Source: a virus. From it: 64,000 nt of DNA. The translations under genes were made by a program, and so were the position numbers. The notes under the pieces were generated by a model. That model saw only the letters and a list, made by a program, of their open reading frames with translations. It was not told the origin of the DNA and searched no databases. This document shows positions 1 through 9,375 of this stretch, piece by piece. The stretch lies in the IMG/VR virus record IMGVR_UViG_650716067_000001; one strand, 5' to 3'. Numbering within the stretch: the stretch's first letter is position 1; each line of letters starts with the position of its first letter.

Positions 1-122
1 GGACCTGAAGTCTTGCAGCTGCTGCAGCCAGCAACTACAAGACCAAGTACGCTATTTCTAATATTTAATATCGAAGGTTCATTACCGCATTCGCATTGCA
101 CAAATTCAAACTTATTTGGCAT
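1..122 (-). CDS. Partial small Zn-ribbon protein, possibly Lar-like restriction alleviation family; runs off window edge
   Basis: Own translation MPNKFEFVQCECGNEPSILNIRNSVLGLVVAGCSSCKTSG; two Cys pairs. Confidence 0.4.
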   Translation of the reverse strand, partial: MPNKFEFVQCECGNEPSILNIRNSVLGLVVAGCSSCKTSG

Positions 123-124
123 TC

Positions 125-451
125 CTAAACCTCATTAGCAATCTTCAGCAAAACCGCTGCGTGACATTCATCCTCTTGATACATTTCATGAGGAGTAGGG
201 CACCAACACGCTAAATTCTTCCCGGCAAGTTGCATTCTTGCGGCGATAATCAATTTATCGTTGTGTTGAGCGAACGATCGGTAAAGAACAAAAGCATGTC
301 GTCTATCTTGAACCATAGCGCCAGGTATAAATGGATTCTCTTTCCCGATAACGAATGGATTGCCCCATTTTGTCGTGCGGTCCACCTTCACCGTGTTTTC
401 CGGCATACGCCAGCCTTTGGTACGTTTAAGCTGAACTCGCTGTAGCTTCAT
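125..451 (-). CDS. DUF4326-family phage protein
   Basis: KVDRTTKWGNPF and LAGKNLACWC...CHAAVL motifs; start placed at MKLQRV. Confidence 0.75.
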   Translation of the reverse strand: MKLQRVQLKRTKGWRMPENTVKVDRTTKWGNPFVIGKENPFIPGAMVQDRRHAFVLYRSFAQHNDKLIIAARMQLAGKNLACWCPTPHEMYQEDECHAAVLLKIANEV

Positions 452-663
452 TATTCGATTGCCTTTACCCAACGTGGGCTTTTGTTGTCGCCGGTTATGC
501 GATTCCACTGTTTGTAATACGCGGTCACCTCATGCCGTAGAATCACATCGTTTTCGTTGCTATGAGCGATTGATTCTAGTTCTTTCAGCATTGCCCAGAA
601 TGTTCCTAGTACGCCTTCTTGCTCGTTTTCAGGTATATGCTTTAAGTCAGGCATTTTTATCAT
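451..663 (-). CDS. Hypothetical phage protein
   Basis: 70-aa ORF packed in operon. Confidence 0.55.
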   Translation of the reverse strand: MIKMPDLKHIPENEQEGVLGTFWAMLKELESIAHSNENDVILRHEVTAYYKQWNRITGDNKSPRWVKAIE

Positions 664-874
664 CCTTCGATTCTTCCTGCTTTTCTTCGAACATTAGAAA
701 GTTACTTTCCCCTGTCGGATCTGGATATTTGTACGCTGACTTGCAATCAGCGAAGCTTTCACCGCATGGCTGCAGGTCACTTAATTCACAGCCACATTCC
801 GCATCACCGTTCACAAGTCCATCAAAACCGTTATCAACCAAGTGCTGTTTAATTATTTCAATTACTGATGACAT
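647..874 (-). CDS. Hypothetical phage protein, Cys-rich
   Basis: GFDGLVNGDAECGCELSDLQPC; overlaps neighbours. Confidence 0.6.
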   Translation of the reverse strand: MSSVIEIIKQHLVDNGFDGLVNGDAECGCELSDLQPCGESFADCKSAYKYPDPTGESNFLMFEEKQEESKDDKNA

Positions 875-1046
875 CTTTAACCTCGCCCTTTAATTCTTTC
901 ATTTTTGCCAGGACTTGCTCTATTTCTTCAATCGAATTACCGTTAAAAATAACATCGTCAGGCAGCACGATGATGTATCCAGAAAAGGTTTTTCCTCTGA
1001 AAACCTGGACAACGTCGCTTTTCTTTTCACCGAAATTAATAGCCAT
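858..1046 (-). CDS. Hypothetical phage protein
   Basis: 62-aa ORF in operon. Confidence 0.5.
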   Translation of the reverse strand: MAINFGEKKSDVVQVFRGKTFSGYIIVLPDDVIFNGNSIEEIEQVLAKMKELKGEVKDVISN

Positions 1047-1182
1047 CTTCCAGCCTTAGTTCCTCAGTTTGATAGCAGTTGCACGCAGGGCATTTAGTGA
1101 TTGAAGTTTCCGGTTTCCAGATATAACCGCAGCCCCAACATTTTCTTGGAGTTTTATAATTCGGTATTATTTTAAGAGTCAT
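1036..1182 (-). CDS. Small Zn-ribbon protein, not in ORF track
   Basis: Own translation MTLKIIPNYKTPRKCWGCGYIWKPETSITKCPACNCYQTEELRLEDGY; fills operon gap. Confidence 0.5.
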   Translation of the reverse strand: MTLKIIPNYKTPRKCWGCGYIWKPETSITKCPACNCYQTEELRLEDGY

Positions 1183-1205
1183 TTTGATATCACCTTAAAT
1201 TCCAG

Positions 1206-1580
1206 CTATCTACCCATCATCGAATTAACTATCCTGAAAGTTTCAGCCAACAATTCTTTGTTGCGCTCAACTCGTTCAGCATTCCTTTTTGCTTTTTCCG
1301 TCCTGCGCTTTTCTATATTTTCAGGTTTCCAATATGTGGCTTTGCGCTTGGCATTCGCAGCTTCCCTCTTGATGCGTTTTTGCTCAGACAGATTCCATTC
1401 TCTGTCTGCCTCAATGGATCTTTCCACCTCGTATCCCATGTCGCACGATTTACAAAGCGCATACTCGATCTGGTTGTGAATTGTCGGGACAACGCAGCAA
1501 TCTTCACAAACCGGTTCTTCACAGTCCCGGCACGTCAAATCTGTCTCTGATTCACACGTGTGGCATGGGACGATATTCAT
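1206..1580 (-). CDS. Hypothetical protein, N-terminal Cys-rich Zn-binding region and basic helical tail
   Basis: CxxC repeated four times. Confidence 0.6.
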   Translation of the reverse strand: MNIVPCHTCESETDLTCRDCEEPVCEDCCVVPTIHNQIEYALCKSCDMGYEVERSIEADREWNLSEQKRIKREAANAKRKATYWKPENIEKRRTEKAKRNAERVERNKELLAETFRIVNSMMGR

Positions 1581-1622
1581 ATCATTGGCGAACTAAATAA
1601 TATTGGATGCTCTTTGACCTGA

Positions 1623-2150
1623 TTACCCATATTCAGCTTCCAATTTAGCTAGGTTTGCTTTCGACTCATCAAGCATTTTTATTCTTTCAGATAATTCAAT
1701 TTCTGCCCGTTTTATTGCCTCTCCAATAAATTTTATATCCGTAGCAGCGCTACATTTCGCCTCCGCCACAATAAATTCTCTGTCAGTTGAATATGTGTTC
1801 TCATACATCAAATCGCCGTCATGAGTAACGTTCGGCCATCCAGGAATCTCGCATTGCTTTTCGATAATTTCCCCACCGTCATAGGTATAAACCGTGATCG
1901 ATTTATCGAATTTGTCCTCAGATTTAACTAGACTCTCTAGCATTAAGAGATCGCTATTCATTTCTTTAAGATACCGCCCAAGATTGCCGCTTTCATTGTC
2001 AGAAATAAGTGAACTTTTCTTAATTAACTTCCCGTCCAAACCAATTACAATCAATTCACTGGCGTATTGTGATCCTATGCAGATACCTTCATCAGTCACG
2101 TGCACGATATGCTCAATGCGGTAATGCTCTTTTACGTTTTTCCAGCCCAT
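1623..2150 (-). CDS. Hypothetical phage protein
   Basis: Start at MGWKNVKEHY with GGAG upstream, just after ssb stop. Confidence 0.65.
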   Translation of the reverse strand: MGWKNVKEHYRIEHIVHVTDEGICIGSQYASELIVIGLDGKLIKKSSLISDNESGNLGRYLKEMNSDLLMLESLVKSEDKFDKSITVYTYDGGEIIEKQCEIPGWPNVTHDGDLMYENTYSTDREFIVAEAKCSAATDIKFIGEAIKRAEIELSERIKMLDESKANLAKLEAEYG

Positions 2151-2169
2151 ATAGCTCTCCTGGTACCCG

Positions 2170-2634
2170 CTAGAACGGGATATCATCATCCATGTCATCA
2201 AACCCGGTTCCTGCCGGTGTGCGGCTCTTGGACCCGGCTGGCGCGGATGATCTGCTTTGCTCAAAACCATCATCATTCCCAGAATCACCACGATCTGATC
2301 TACCGCCGCTACCCAACATCTTCATGTCATTTGCAATGATGTCTGTGGTGTAGCGTTCCACACCACTTTTGTCAGTCCATTTCCGGGTTTCAAGCCTGCC
2401 TTCGATGTAAACAGGCTTGCCTTTCTTCAGGTATTCGCCTGCGATTTCAGCCAGTTTTCTGTAGAACGTAACGCGATGCCACTCAGTTTTTTCTTGCTTC
2501 TCGCCGTTTTTGTCTTTCCAGGTGTCTGTCGTTGCTATGGTGATATTAGTAATAGCATCGCCGTTCGACATGTAGCGAGTTTCTGGGTCTTTGCCCAAGT
2601 TACCAATGAGTATTACTTTATTTACTGATGCCAT
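2170..2634 (-). CDS. ssb: Single-stranded DNA-binding protein
   Basis: [34 protein letters not shown]-terminal DDDIPF. Confidence 0.97.
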   Translation of the reverse strand: MASVNKVILIGNLGKDPETRYMSNGDAITNITIATTDTWKDKNGEKQEKTEWHRVTFYRKLAEIAGEYLKKGKPVYIEGRLETRKWTDKSGVERYTTDIIANDMKMLGSGGRSDRGDSGNDDGFEQSRSSAPAGSKSRTPAGTGFDDMDDDIPF

Positions 2635-2872
2635 TGCCAGACTCCGATTCGTCATTAATAAACTTGATCATAGTTGGCGGTGGGGTAAGCACAGTCCCAT
2701 CCGGCATTTCTACAATTGCAACGCTGTAATTACTAAATCCTTTCTCATCTTCCTCGATAGCCAGGCCGAATTGGATAAAAACTCCGATTCCATATTCAAT
2801 TTTTTCGTATCGATTTGGAGTTCCGCTATACCGACCCTCATAAACAATTACTTTTCTATGTTGTGCGCTCAT
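2618..2872 (-). CDS. Hypothetical phage protein
   Basis: 84-aa ORF overlapping neighbours. Confidence 0.6.
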   Translation of the reverse strand: MSAQHRKVIVYEGRYSGTPNRYEKIEYGIGVFIQFGLAIEEDEKGFSNYSVAIVEMPDGTVLTPPPTMIKFINDESESGNGISK

Positions 2873-3141
2873 GATTTATCCTTCGTATACTTACCCCAAC
2901 CATTCCAGCGTTGATTGAAATCGTTAATAGCTTCTGCTGGTGTATCACCAAAGCCGCACACGCCTTCTTGTATATTGTCGCCATATAAAGCGCACCATGC
3001 ATTTCCATCAGGAAAAACCTTTGGCCGATAAATTGCGCTTGGGCTTTGATAGTCGCATATTGCTTGCTGTATGCTGTGCTGCACCATTAATGCAGCGTGA
3101 CTGATTGCATTCATGGCCATACTTGAGTGTTGATCGTTCAT
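2869..3141 (-). CDS. Hypothetical phage protein
   Basis: DGNAWCALYGDNIQEGVCGFGDTPAEA, a motif type common in phage early genes. Confidence 0.65.
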   Translation of the reverse strand: MNDQHSSMAMNAISHAALMVQHSIQQAICDYQSPSAIYRPKVFPDGNAWCALYGDNIQEGVCGFGDTPAEAINDFNQRWNGWGKYTKDKS

Positions 3142-3151
3142 AATTAATCCT

Positions 3152-3532
3152 TTAGGGTCTGTTACCGCAGTCACATTTCTTGCAAGGTGCTGAGTAATAT
3201 TCGATCTCGCTCATAAAAACACCGCAGCCGTGACACCTGTACCGTTCATTCTTTGGTCTCTGAGGTTTTATCAACGCGATCCCGGTATCCTTCAATGCCT
3301 CTTCAACCGAAACATACTGAACATCAACAGCTGGCCGTGTCTTTGCATCGATGTAATCCTTCGGCCAAGGTATATCGGTTTCCCGGCATTGGTGCTGTCT
3401 TACAGCTTCATCTTTCGTGTAAACATGGGCTTCGCGTAAATTGGTTGTGTATCCCTTGCCGTCTTTCTTCCAGAAAAGCATGTCGTTGCCGACAAATGAT
3501 CTGCTGTCTTGCAGGTAATATTCGTTATGCAT
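3152..3532 (-). CDS. Hypothetical phage protein with C-terminal Zn ribbon
   Basis: YYLQDSRSFVGNDMLFWKKDGKGYTT; CHGC...CKKC. Confidence 0.65.
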   Translation of the reverse strand: MHNEYYLQDSRSFVGNDMLFWKKDGKGYTTNLREAHVYTKDEAVRQHQCRETDIPWPKDYIDAKTRPAVDVQYVSVEEALKDTGIALIKPQRPKNERYRCHGCGVFMSEIEYYSAPCKKCDCGNRP

Positions 3533-3713
3533 TCTCAGTAACCTTTTCCCAGATATCCTCAAGCTTCTCGATCTGCCGTTCGCTCAAATTCCGACCTTCA
3601 TCAATCTGATTGCGTATCGAATCAATAAAATCACATTCCCAATCGTTAAGTAGCGATTCATTGAACTCGCACTCTTCAACCATCTTTAAGTGATCATTAT
3701 CAAAATCAGGCAT
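3525..3713 (-). CDS. Hypothetical phage protein
   Basis: LNDWECDFIDSI...LSERQIEKLEDIW. Confidence 0.55.
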   Translation of the reverse strand: MPDFDNDHLKMVEECEFNESLLNDWECDFIDSIRNQIDEGRNLSERQIEKLEDIWEKVTENA

Positions 3714-3903
3714 TCTTATTGTCTCCATTCATTGGCACAAACCCACACTCATCAGTGCGCATATCCGAAAAATCAATAGGCGGCTCACCTTCAGTTCCCC
3801 ACCATGCGCGGGCATGCGCCATCACGACATCGTTAAAATTCCGGCTGCAATCGGCATTCGCACACGGCTGGCTGCAAAATCGTTTGTCTAGGTAGCAGGG
3901 CAT
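3706..3903 (-). CDS. Hypothetical Cys-rich phage protein
   Basis: 65-aa ORF in operon. Confidence 0.55.
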   Translation of the reverse strand: MPCYLDKRFCSQPCANADCSRNFNDVVMAHARAWWGTEGEPPIDFSDMRTDECGFVPMNGDNKNA

Positions 3904-3905
3904 TT

Positions 3906-4520
3906 TTAAATCCGACAGCCCATGATTGCCCCGATTGTGTCAGAGCCTGTCCGAAACACGAGCATTCCGTTTTCTTTTGCGGAAGAGAATTCCAGGCTTT
4001 CCTCGTCGATTATTAGCCGCAAATACTTTGCTTGCACATTGATTCCGAGAATTTCCACACAAGCGTATGGCTCGTATACTTTCCCAGAGCCATTGCAATC
4101 CGGGCATGTTTCATCGGTTTCCAGATTGTTGTCATAACCGGCTCCACCGCATGACGCGCACTGAAGATCATGGTATGTGCTGTAGTCTGTTTCCGCATTA
4201 ACAGTGCCATCGCCTTCGCATTCTTTGCACTTTATTTTCTTTGCCTTGCCTGTGCCACGGCACACCAGGCAAGGCACCATCTCCGGCAAAACCATTTCAT
4301 CTTTATTCGCAGTTACCCATGCGGTCGCTGATTCGATTATATTTATCACCCGCGCAGCGTTGAACCTTTCCGGGCATTGCGGATACTCGTTTTTGCCGTC
4401 GTTTGGCATTACGATAATTACGTGTCCGTTAGTTGCAACAATTCTGTTGTCAACAATGAATGGTGCGTTTAGATGGCTGCGAATATCGTCTTTTCCGCAG
4501 AATTGATTAATGTCAATCAT
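3906..4520 (-). CDS. Protein with DnaJ-type CxxCxGxG zinc finger inside a beta-clamp-like scaffold
   Basis: CLVCRGTG, CKECEGDG, CASCGGAG, CPDCNGSG; N-terminal IVATNGH. Confidence 0.65.
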   Translation of the reverse strand: MIDINQFCGKDDIRSHLNAPFIVDNRIVATNGHVIIVMPNDGKNEYPQCPERFNAARVINIIESATAWVTANKDEMVLPEMVPCLVCRGTGKAKKIKCKECEGDGTVNAETDYSTYHDLQCASCGGAGYDNNLETDETCPDCNGSGKVYEPYACVEILGINVQAKYLRLIIDEESLEFSSAKENGMLVFRTGSDTIGAIMGCRI

Positions 4521-5076
4521 GTTTTGCCTCCAAATCAACTATTGCTGCAAACTTCCCAGGACTCCAACTAACTGGCTCTGATTTGCGTATTACAGCGTTA
4601 AATTCTTCTAATGCGGCTTCAACTTCAGGTGGCAATTCACCATCATCAGGCAAATAATCAGCCCAATAATCGCTTTCAATCTCCCCCAAGTGATTTGGTT
4701 CGCAGATAAACAGCTCTAATTCATCGGGATCTGTCACTTGGGCTTCGCACATCAAATCAAACAGATCATCTTTATCAAAGAGATACTTATCATGAGATTG
4801 CGAAAAGAGCGGCGTTTTTTGATCCCATTCTCGCCTCTCTATAATCAAGTAAAGTTCCGAGTTTTTATTTTTGCAGCATGGCTCGCAATATGAATTCTTC
4901 GGGATAGCCGCTCCGCATCCACAATGCTTGTGCGTTGATCCAGAATATCTTGCTAATTTCTCGTTAGTACCGAAGAACCCGCCATAACGATCAACCCACC
5001 CGCTAATGCCTGTGACAAATTTCGCCGCTTCCTCGGATTCTGGGAATATTGGTTTTTCTGGGCTATTTGCTTGCAT
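4513..5076 (-). CDS. Hypothetical phage protein
   Basis: Long ORF with HCGCG...CEPC. Confidence 0.65.
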   Translation of the reverse strand: MQANSPEKPIFPESEEAAKFVTGISGWVDRYGGFFGTNEKLARYSGSTHKHCGCGAAIPKNSYCEPCCKNKNSELYLIIERREWDQKTPLFSQSHDKYLFDKDDLFDLMCEAQVTDPDELELFICEPNHLGEIESDYWADYLPDDGELPPEVEAALEEFNAVIRKSEPVSWSPGKFAAIVDLEAKHD

Positions 5077-5704
5077 TTTTTGCCTCGTCATATTTCATGA
5101 TTCCCCACACAATCGCGTACAGATTCCAGATATAGTGAAATGTGTATTCCTCGGTGCCGCCACTATCGAAGAAATCAGTAAACCCAATGCCCTCATACTC
5201 AAAACCATGAACCGCGTCATACGCTCTATGCTCATCGTCCTTGTGATAAAGGACATCTTCTTTAATTGCGCTCCAAAGCCTTTCTTTTTCTTCATCTCCA
5301 AGATCATCACACATGACGTCCTCAAAATGATTCTTGACTCTTTCTTCAAAAATATCAGCGTCAAACTCTATATACCCGGCATTTGTTCCAATACTTTTAA
5401 GTTTTTCACCCCAATAATGCGGATTGATATTCAGCAGCACGCCTTTCTTCTTATTGAAGTCGTTATCATCCATCTTGAAGAAATCGAACATATCGTGAAC
5501 TCTCGAGAAAACGTAAGTACCGCAATCACCAGAAATGCACAGATTCCCAGGCCAAGTAATTAAATCGAACCAATAATAACTACCACCTTCAGCACGTCTG
5601 AACCTGACAAATCTATGTACCCCATCATCTTTTTCGATACTGATTTGATGGTCTTTCACATCATTCAAGAATCGTTCTTGAGTACATTCATGTTGGTTAC
5701 TCAT
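5063..5704 (-). CDS. Conserved hypothetical phage protein
   Basis: YWFDLITWPGNLCISGDCGTYVFSR. Confidence 0.7.
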   Translation of the reverse strand: MSNQHECTQERFLNDVKDHQISIEKDDGVHRFVRFRRAEGGSYYWFDLITWPGNLCISGDCGTYVFSRVHDMFDFFKMDDNDFNKKKGVLLNINPHYWGEKLKSIGTNAGYIEFDADIFEERVKNHFEDVMCDDLGDEEKERLWSAIKEDVLYHKDDEHRAYDAVHGFEYEGIGFTDFFDSGGTEEYTFHYIWNLYAIVWGIMKYDEAKNASK

Positions 5705-5867
5705 CGCGCGCCTCTTTCTTTGCTAGTTCTTCAAGAAGTTTTGAGTTTATTGATGAAAAAGTCAGCCACGTTCCTGATCTTTCGTCATATTCAAGTATTT
5801 TTGAATCATCGCAGAGCGCAAGTAATGCGCCGTTATAAACAATAAGCTGGATAATTTTAATCATCGT

Positions 5868-7586
5868 TCAAGCCGCCTCCAGAGCACCAATAACGCCGTT
5901 GCTAATCCAGTGAGTCTCAATGCTTGACGGCAAGCCGGTAGGAGGTGTTTTCAGCGTTCCGAAAACCATTAATGTTTCGATATCGTTTGAGCGAGCGAGA
6001 GAATCGACCCATTTTATAAATGAAATGCGCCCGTTATTGTCGAGTAGATCAAATTCATCGCACATGAAGAATTTAAGCCCGGTCACATAGCTTATTGCTT
6101 CGGCAATCATGACGTTTATGCGCCACTTGGCCGATTGTGAGGATAGGCCGTATGGTTTGCCGCCATAACTGATGGTCATATCTTCAGAGATAACAACCAG
6201 TTTCCAGCCGGTTATCTCGGATGTTTTTGCTAGTCGGTCATTGACCGGCGCTATTGCTGTTTTGAGTATTTCACCGGGTATCCCATCGGGTGCAAGTGCT
6301 GCAGCTATCGCGCCCCATTCTTGAACATCGGTGTGATATCCGGCTGCTTTCTCGGTTTTTTCATCGGCAGTAGCAGCAAGTTTTGTGTTTTCATTCATCA
6401 AATCCAGTGCTTCTTGCGCTACCTTACGTTTTGTTCTCAGAGCCTCAATCTTTTCCTTAAGTTGATTGATTATTTCTTCACTGATTACTTCTTTTTCTGC
6501 CTTCTCAATCTCTGCCAGCTTGTCTTTTGCATATCTCGCCGCCACAAGATCACGCTCGCCGTTTTCCACTGAATTTTTGAGCAATGTAAGTGCGCTTTCT
6601 AATTCCGGAAGCTTCACGGCAGCATCTTCATCGCCTTGCAAATCACCTTCACGCTTAACAAGTTCTTTACCATTCCAAAATAACTCAGAATCGCATGATG
6701 GGCATTTACACGCGATATTGTCAGGCGTTGATCCTTGCGAAAGTCTGCGTGCGTCCTCTACTTTGACCGTCATCAAGGCAAGTCCTTTACGATCTAGCGC
6801 CAACTTGGTTTCAATGCGCTCAATCTTCTCTGATTTTTCACGCAAGCCATTAATTTCCTTGTCTTTCTCACCGGCATTTTTAAACTCTGTTTCAAGTGAT
6901 CCCAGTTTCTTGTTTTCTTCATCAAACTCAGCGCTGATATTTTCGAGCGCTTTTTGTGCAACGGCCACTGCTGATTGATCCACTTCTGGCTTCGCCGCCT
7001 TCCAAGCGACCGCTTTTTTATCGCCATACACTTCACCGGTAGTTGTTTTCCAACTTGATCGAGCATCTTTGGTATTTTCGATTGCTTGCTTTTCAGCATT
7101 GCTAAATCCTGACATTAAAAAAGGTATTATTCCGTCAACCTTTGCTGTATTGCATCCGCGTTCCAGCAATTTCGCACGGATTTTATTAACGTCTCTTTTT
7201 GTGGCCGTTATCTCTGTAATTAGAGAGCGTCTGTTTTCCTCGGTAGCCGCAGAAAAAAGCTTGGGGTCGAGTAAATAGGGTAGGGCTGAGTGCATTTGCT
7301 CTTTTATCTCTCTGGCACCATTTGGCAGCGTTATGCTTGCTTGTTTTCCGCCATCGTACTCAAGGTAGCAGTAGCCAACTGTTGAGCCATCATTTACCAA
7401 GTGCTTGTAATCTTTTTTGTTAGATACGCGGGTACTTTCTCCCGTCAGAGCGTGAATAATTCCTTCGTAAATGCTCGATTTGCCTGCTTCGTTTGATCCG
7501 CAGATCAAGTTAATTGCCGCTTTTAATTTCAGGTCTACTTGTTTTGCTGCTATTAGACTTTGTACTTTCAGTATTTCTAGTTTCAT
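5868..7586 (-). CDS. Rad50/SbcC/SMC-like coiled-coil ABC ATPase
   Basis: Walker A GSNEAGKS, central coiled coil with CPSC, signature-like LSSQS, Walker B FFMCDE. Confidence 0.85.
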   Translation of the reverse strand: MKLEILKVQSLIAAKQVDLKLKAAINLICGSNEAGKSSIYEGIIHALTGESTRVSNKKDYKHLVNDGSTVGYCYLEYDGGKQASITLPNGAREIKEQMHSALPYLLDPKLFSAATEENRRSLITEITATKRDVNKIRAKLLERGCNTAKVDGIIPFLMSGFSNAEKQAIENTKDARSSWKTTTGEVYGDKKAVAWKAAKPEVDQSAVAVAQKALENISAEFDEENKKLGSLETEFKNAGEKDKEINGLREKSEKIERIETKLALDRKGLALMTVKVEDARRLSQGSTPDNIACKCPSCDSELFWNGKELVKREGDLQGDEDAAVKLPELESALTLLKNSVENGERDLVAARYAKDKLAEIEKAEKEVISEEIINQLKEKIEALRTKRKVAQEALDLMNENTKLAATADEKTEKAAGYHTDVQEWGAIAAALAPDGIPGEILKTAIAPVNDRLAKTSEITGWKLVVISEDMTISYGGKPYGLSSQSAKWRINVMIAEAISYVTGLKFFMCDEFDLLDNNGRISFIKWVDSLARSNDIETLMVFGTLKTPPTGLPSSIETHWISNGVIGALEAA

Positions 7587-7588
7587 AA

Positions 7589-7891
7589 TTATTTAACCTC
7601 GATTAATGACATATTTTTATCTATCGATTGGTAGGCATTTGTTTTTTTCTGGTTTAAATCAGTCAAGGTAATATCAGCGCCAATGCTCATTCCCAATCTT
7701 TCAATCATGTCTCTGATTTCAAGCAATTCGCCAGCACAAAAACCCGCTTGGCTTGGGATTCCAGATCCTCTCATGTGTACAACATCTGAACTATTTAATT
7801 GAGCTGCAGCTAGCCGAAGAATCCCTTTCATTGCATCAATTTCCCGGTCTCGTAGATGCATATCTAACCTGTTTGAAGTTCTGATTTCCAT
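7589..7891 (-). CDS. Hypothetical phage protein
   Basis: 100-aa ORF in operon. Confidence 0.55.
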   Translation of the reverse strand: MEIRTSNRLDMHLRDREIDAMKGILRLAAAQLNSSDVVHMRGSGIPSQAGFCAGELLEIRDMIERLGMSIGADITLTDLNQKKTNAYQSIDKNMSLIEVK

Positions 7892-7893
7892 GA

Positions 7894-8781
7894 TTAAGCC
7901 GCCTTATCTTGCTCATTCAATAGCTGCTGCTCTCCCAGAGTGCTGATGAGTTCATTGATTATCTTTAAGCACTGTCCTGACCTGATAGTGAACTCGTTAT
8001 CAAAATAGTCATCATCTGTGTCGAATTCAGAGCGATCCTCAACCAGATCAGGAAGGGTGATTTTGCTAATCATCGATTTGTTATCAATCGTGAAAAAGCA
8101 TTCATCCGTGCCAAGTACAATTTCTAACTTAACCGGGCGCTTACCATGCAGAACGTAACTGGTAACCGCGACCGTATCCAGGTGTTCATTTTTGTACGTG
8201 ATTCTTTTGCTTTTCGCTTCTGCATCTTCAAGAACGCAACTCCTGCCCAAGGAAAGATTATCAATACTTGAATCATCATCAAGAATCAGTCTGCGCATAA
8301 ACATTTCCACTGAATTGGAAAATCTCAGTATTGCGCCTTCATATCCAAGGTGCTTATAAATGCGCGTCAACACATCATCAACAAGGGCGCTCGAAGTTGA
8401 TTCAACACACAGCAAGTCATGTTCGGTATTAATCCAGACATTTATTGATTTGCTTGTCACAAAAGCTTTTGCGTACAGTTCTGCAGTTACCTGATCCTTT
8501 AATTCCGACAACTGTTTCTTTGTAAGTCTGGCTACATCAAGTCTTTTGCACAAATCAGCTGCTCGCAGTTTTAACTCCCGATTAATAACGCTGGCAGGCA
8601 ACAATTTCTCTTGTTTTTCGCAAACCAGCATGATGTTTTGGCCTACTTCAATGAATGGATCGCCGTTGCGTAATTCCTTCCACGCATAACCTACATTGCC
8701 AGGTATTGAAATTTCTTCTCTGAGTTTTTCCAGGTCCGGTACCCAGCCTTTTGGCGATCTGCATACAGCTAAATTTTTCAT
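7894..8781 (-). CDS. rdgC: RdgC-like recombination-associated DNA-binding protein
   Basis: EKLLPASVINREL...KDQVTAELYAKAF, C-terminal F..DNK...SKI; about 300 aa. Confidence 0.75.
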   Translation of the reverse strand: MKNLAVCRSPKGWVPDLEKLREEISIPGNVGYAWKELRNGDPFIEVGQNIMLVCEKQEKLLPASVINRELKLRAADLCKRLDVARLTKKQLSELKDQVTAELYAKAFVTSKSINVWINTEHDLLCVESTSSALVDDVLTRIYKHLGYEGAILRFSNSVEMFMRRLILDDDSSIDNLSLGRSCVLEDAEAKSKRITYKNEHLDTVAVTSYVLHGKRPVKLEIVLGTDECFFTIDNKSMISKITLPDLVEDRSEFDTDDDYFDNEFTIRSGQCLKIINELISTLGEQQLLNEQDKAA

Positions 8782-8796
8782 GATTTATTTCCTATG

Positions 8797-9375
8797 TTAA
8801 TTTTTCGGTGCTGATATGATTCCGCTCTTGCTCCAAGCGGGTGGATTAATTTTTGCTACTTTCTGAGGCAATTTCTCTATCAAGCCAGCCTCTATTAATC
8901 GCAACCTTACAAAAGCCCGGCTTGTAGATAGCTCTTTTGCTATTTGCCCTACATCTTTGCCCTCCTTGTACATCGAAACAAACAGGAAACCTTTTGTTTT
9001 TCTTGGCACTCCCAGTTTCACCATTGCTTGTGACAGATACATGCAAAACTCTAGTTTAGATATTCCGCTACCGCGCTTACCAGGAATTGGCGGCTTGATG
9101 AAACCGCGATAAAAAAGCAGATCGTAAACCTGAACCTGATCATCAATTCCTTTCCGCAGTAGCGCGAATATTCCACGACGCAGTTTTTTACCTGGGCGGC
9201 TTTTGACAAGCATTTTGCTTCTGTCAGCCTCCCTCTTTTTTCTGGGCTTTTTAGTTTCTTCCACAACACAGGCATTTCTTCTCTCATCAGCAGGTGGACG
9301 CAGACATCCCAGTGATACCATCCATGATTGGGATTGAACGCTAATCTCATTAACTTGATTGCTTGTCATGATCAA
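8797..9375 (-). CDS. Hypothetical basic protein with possible C-terminal HTH
   Basis: GKDVGQIAKELSTSRAFVRLRL. Confidence 0.5.
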   Translation of the reverse strand: MIMTSNQVNEISVQSQSWMVSLGCLRPPADERRNACVVEETKKPRKKREADRSKMLVKSRPGKKLRRGIFALLRKGIDDQVQVYDLLFYRGFIKPPIPGKRGSGISKLEFCMYLSQAMVKLGVPRKTKGFLFVSMYKEGKDVGQIAKELSTSRAFVRLRLIEAGLIEKLPQKVAKINPPAWSKSGIISAPKN

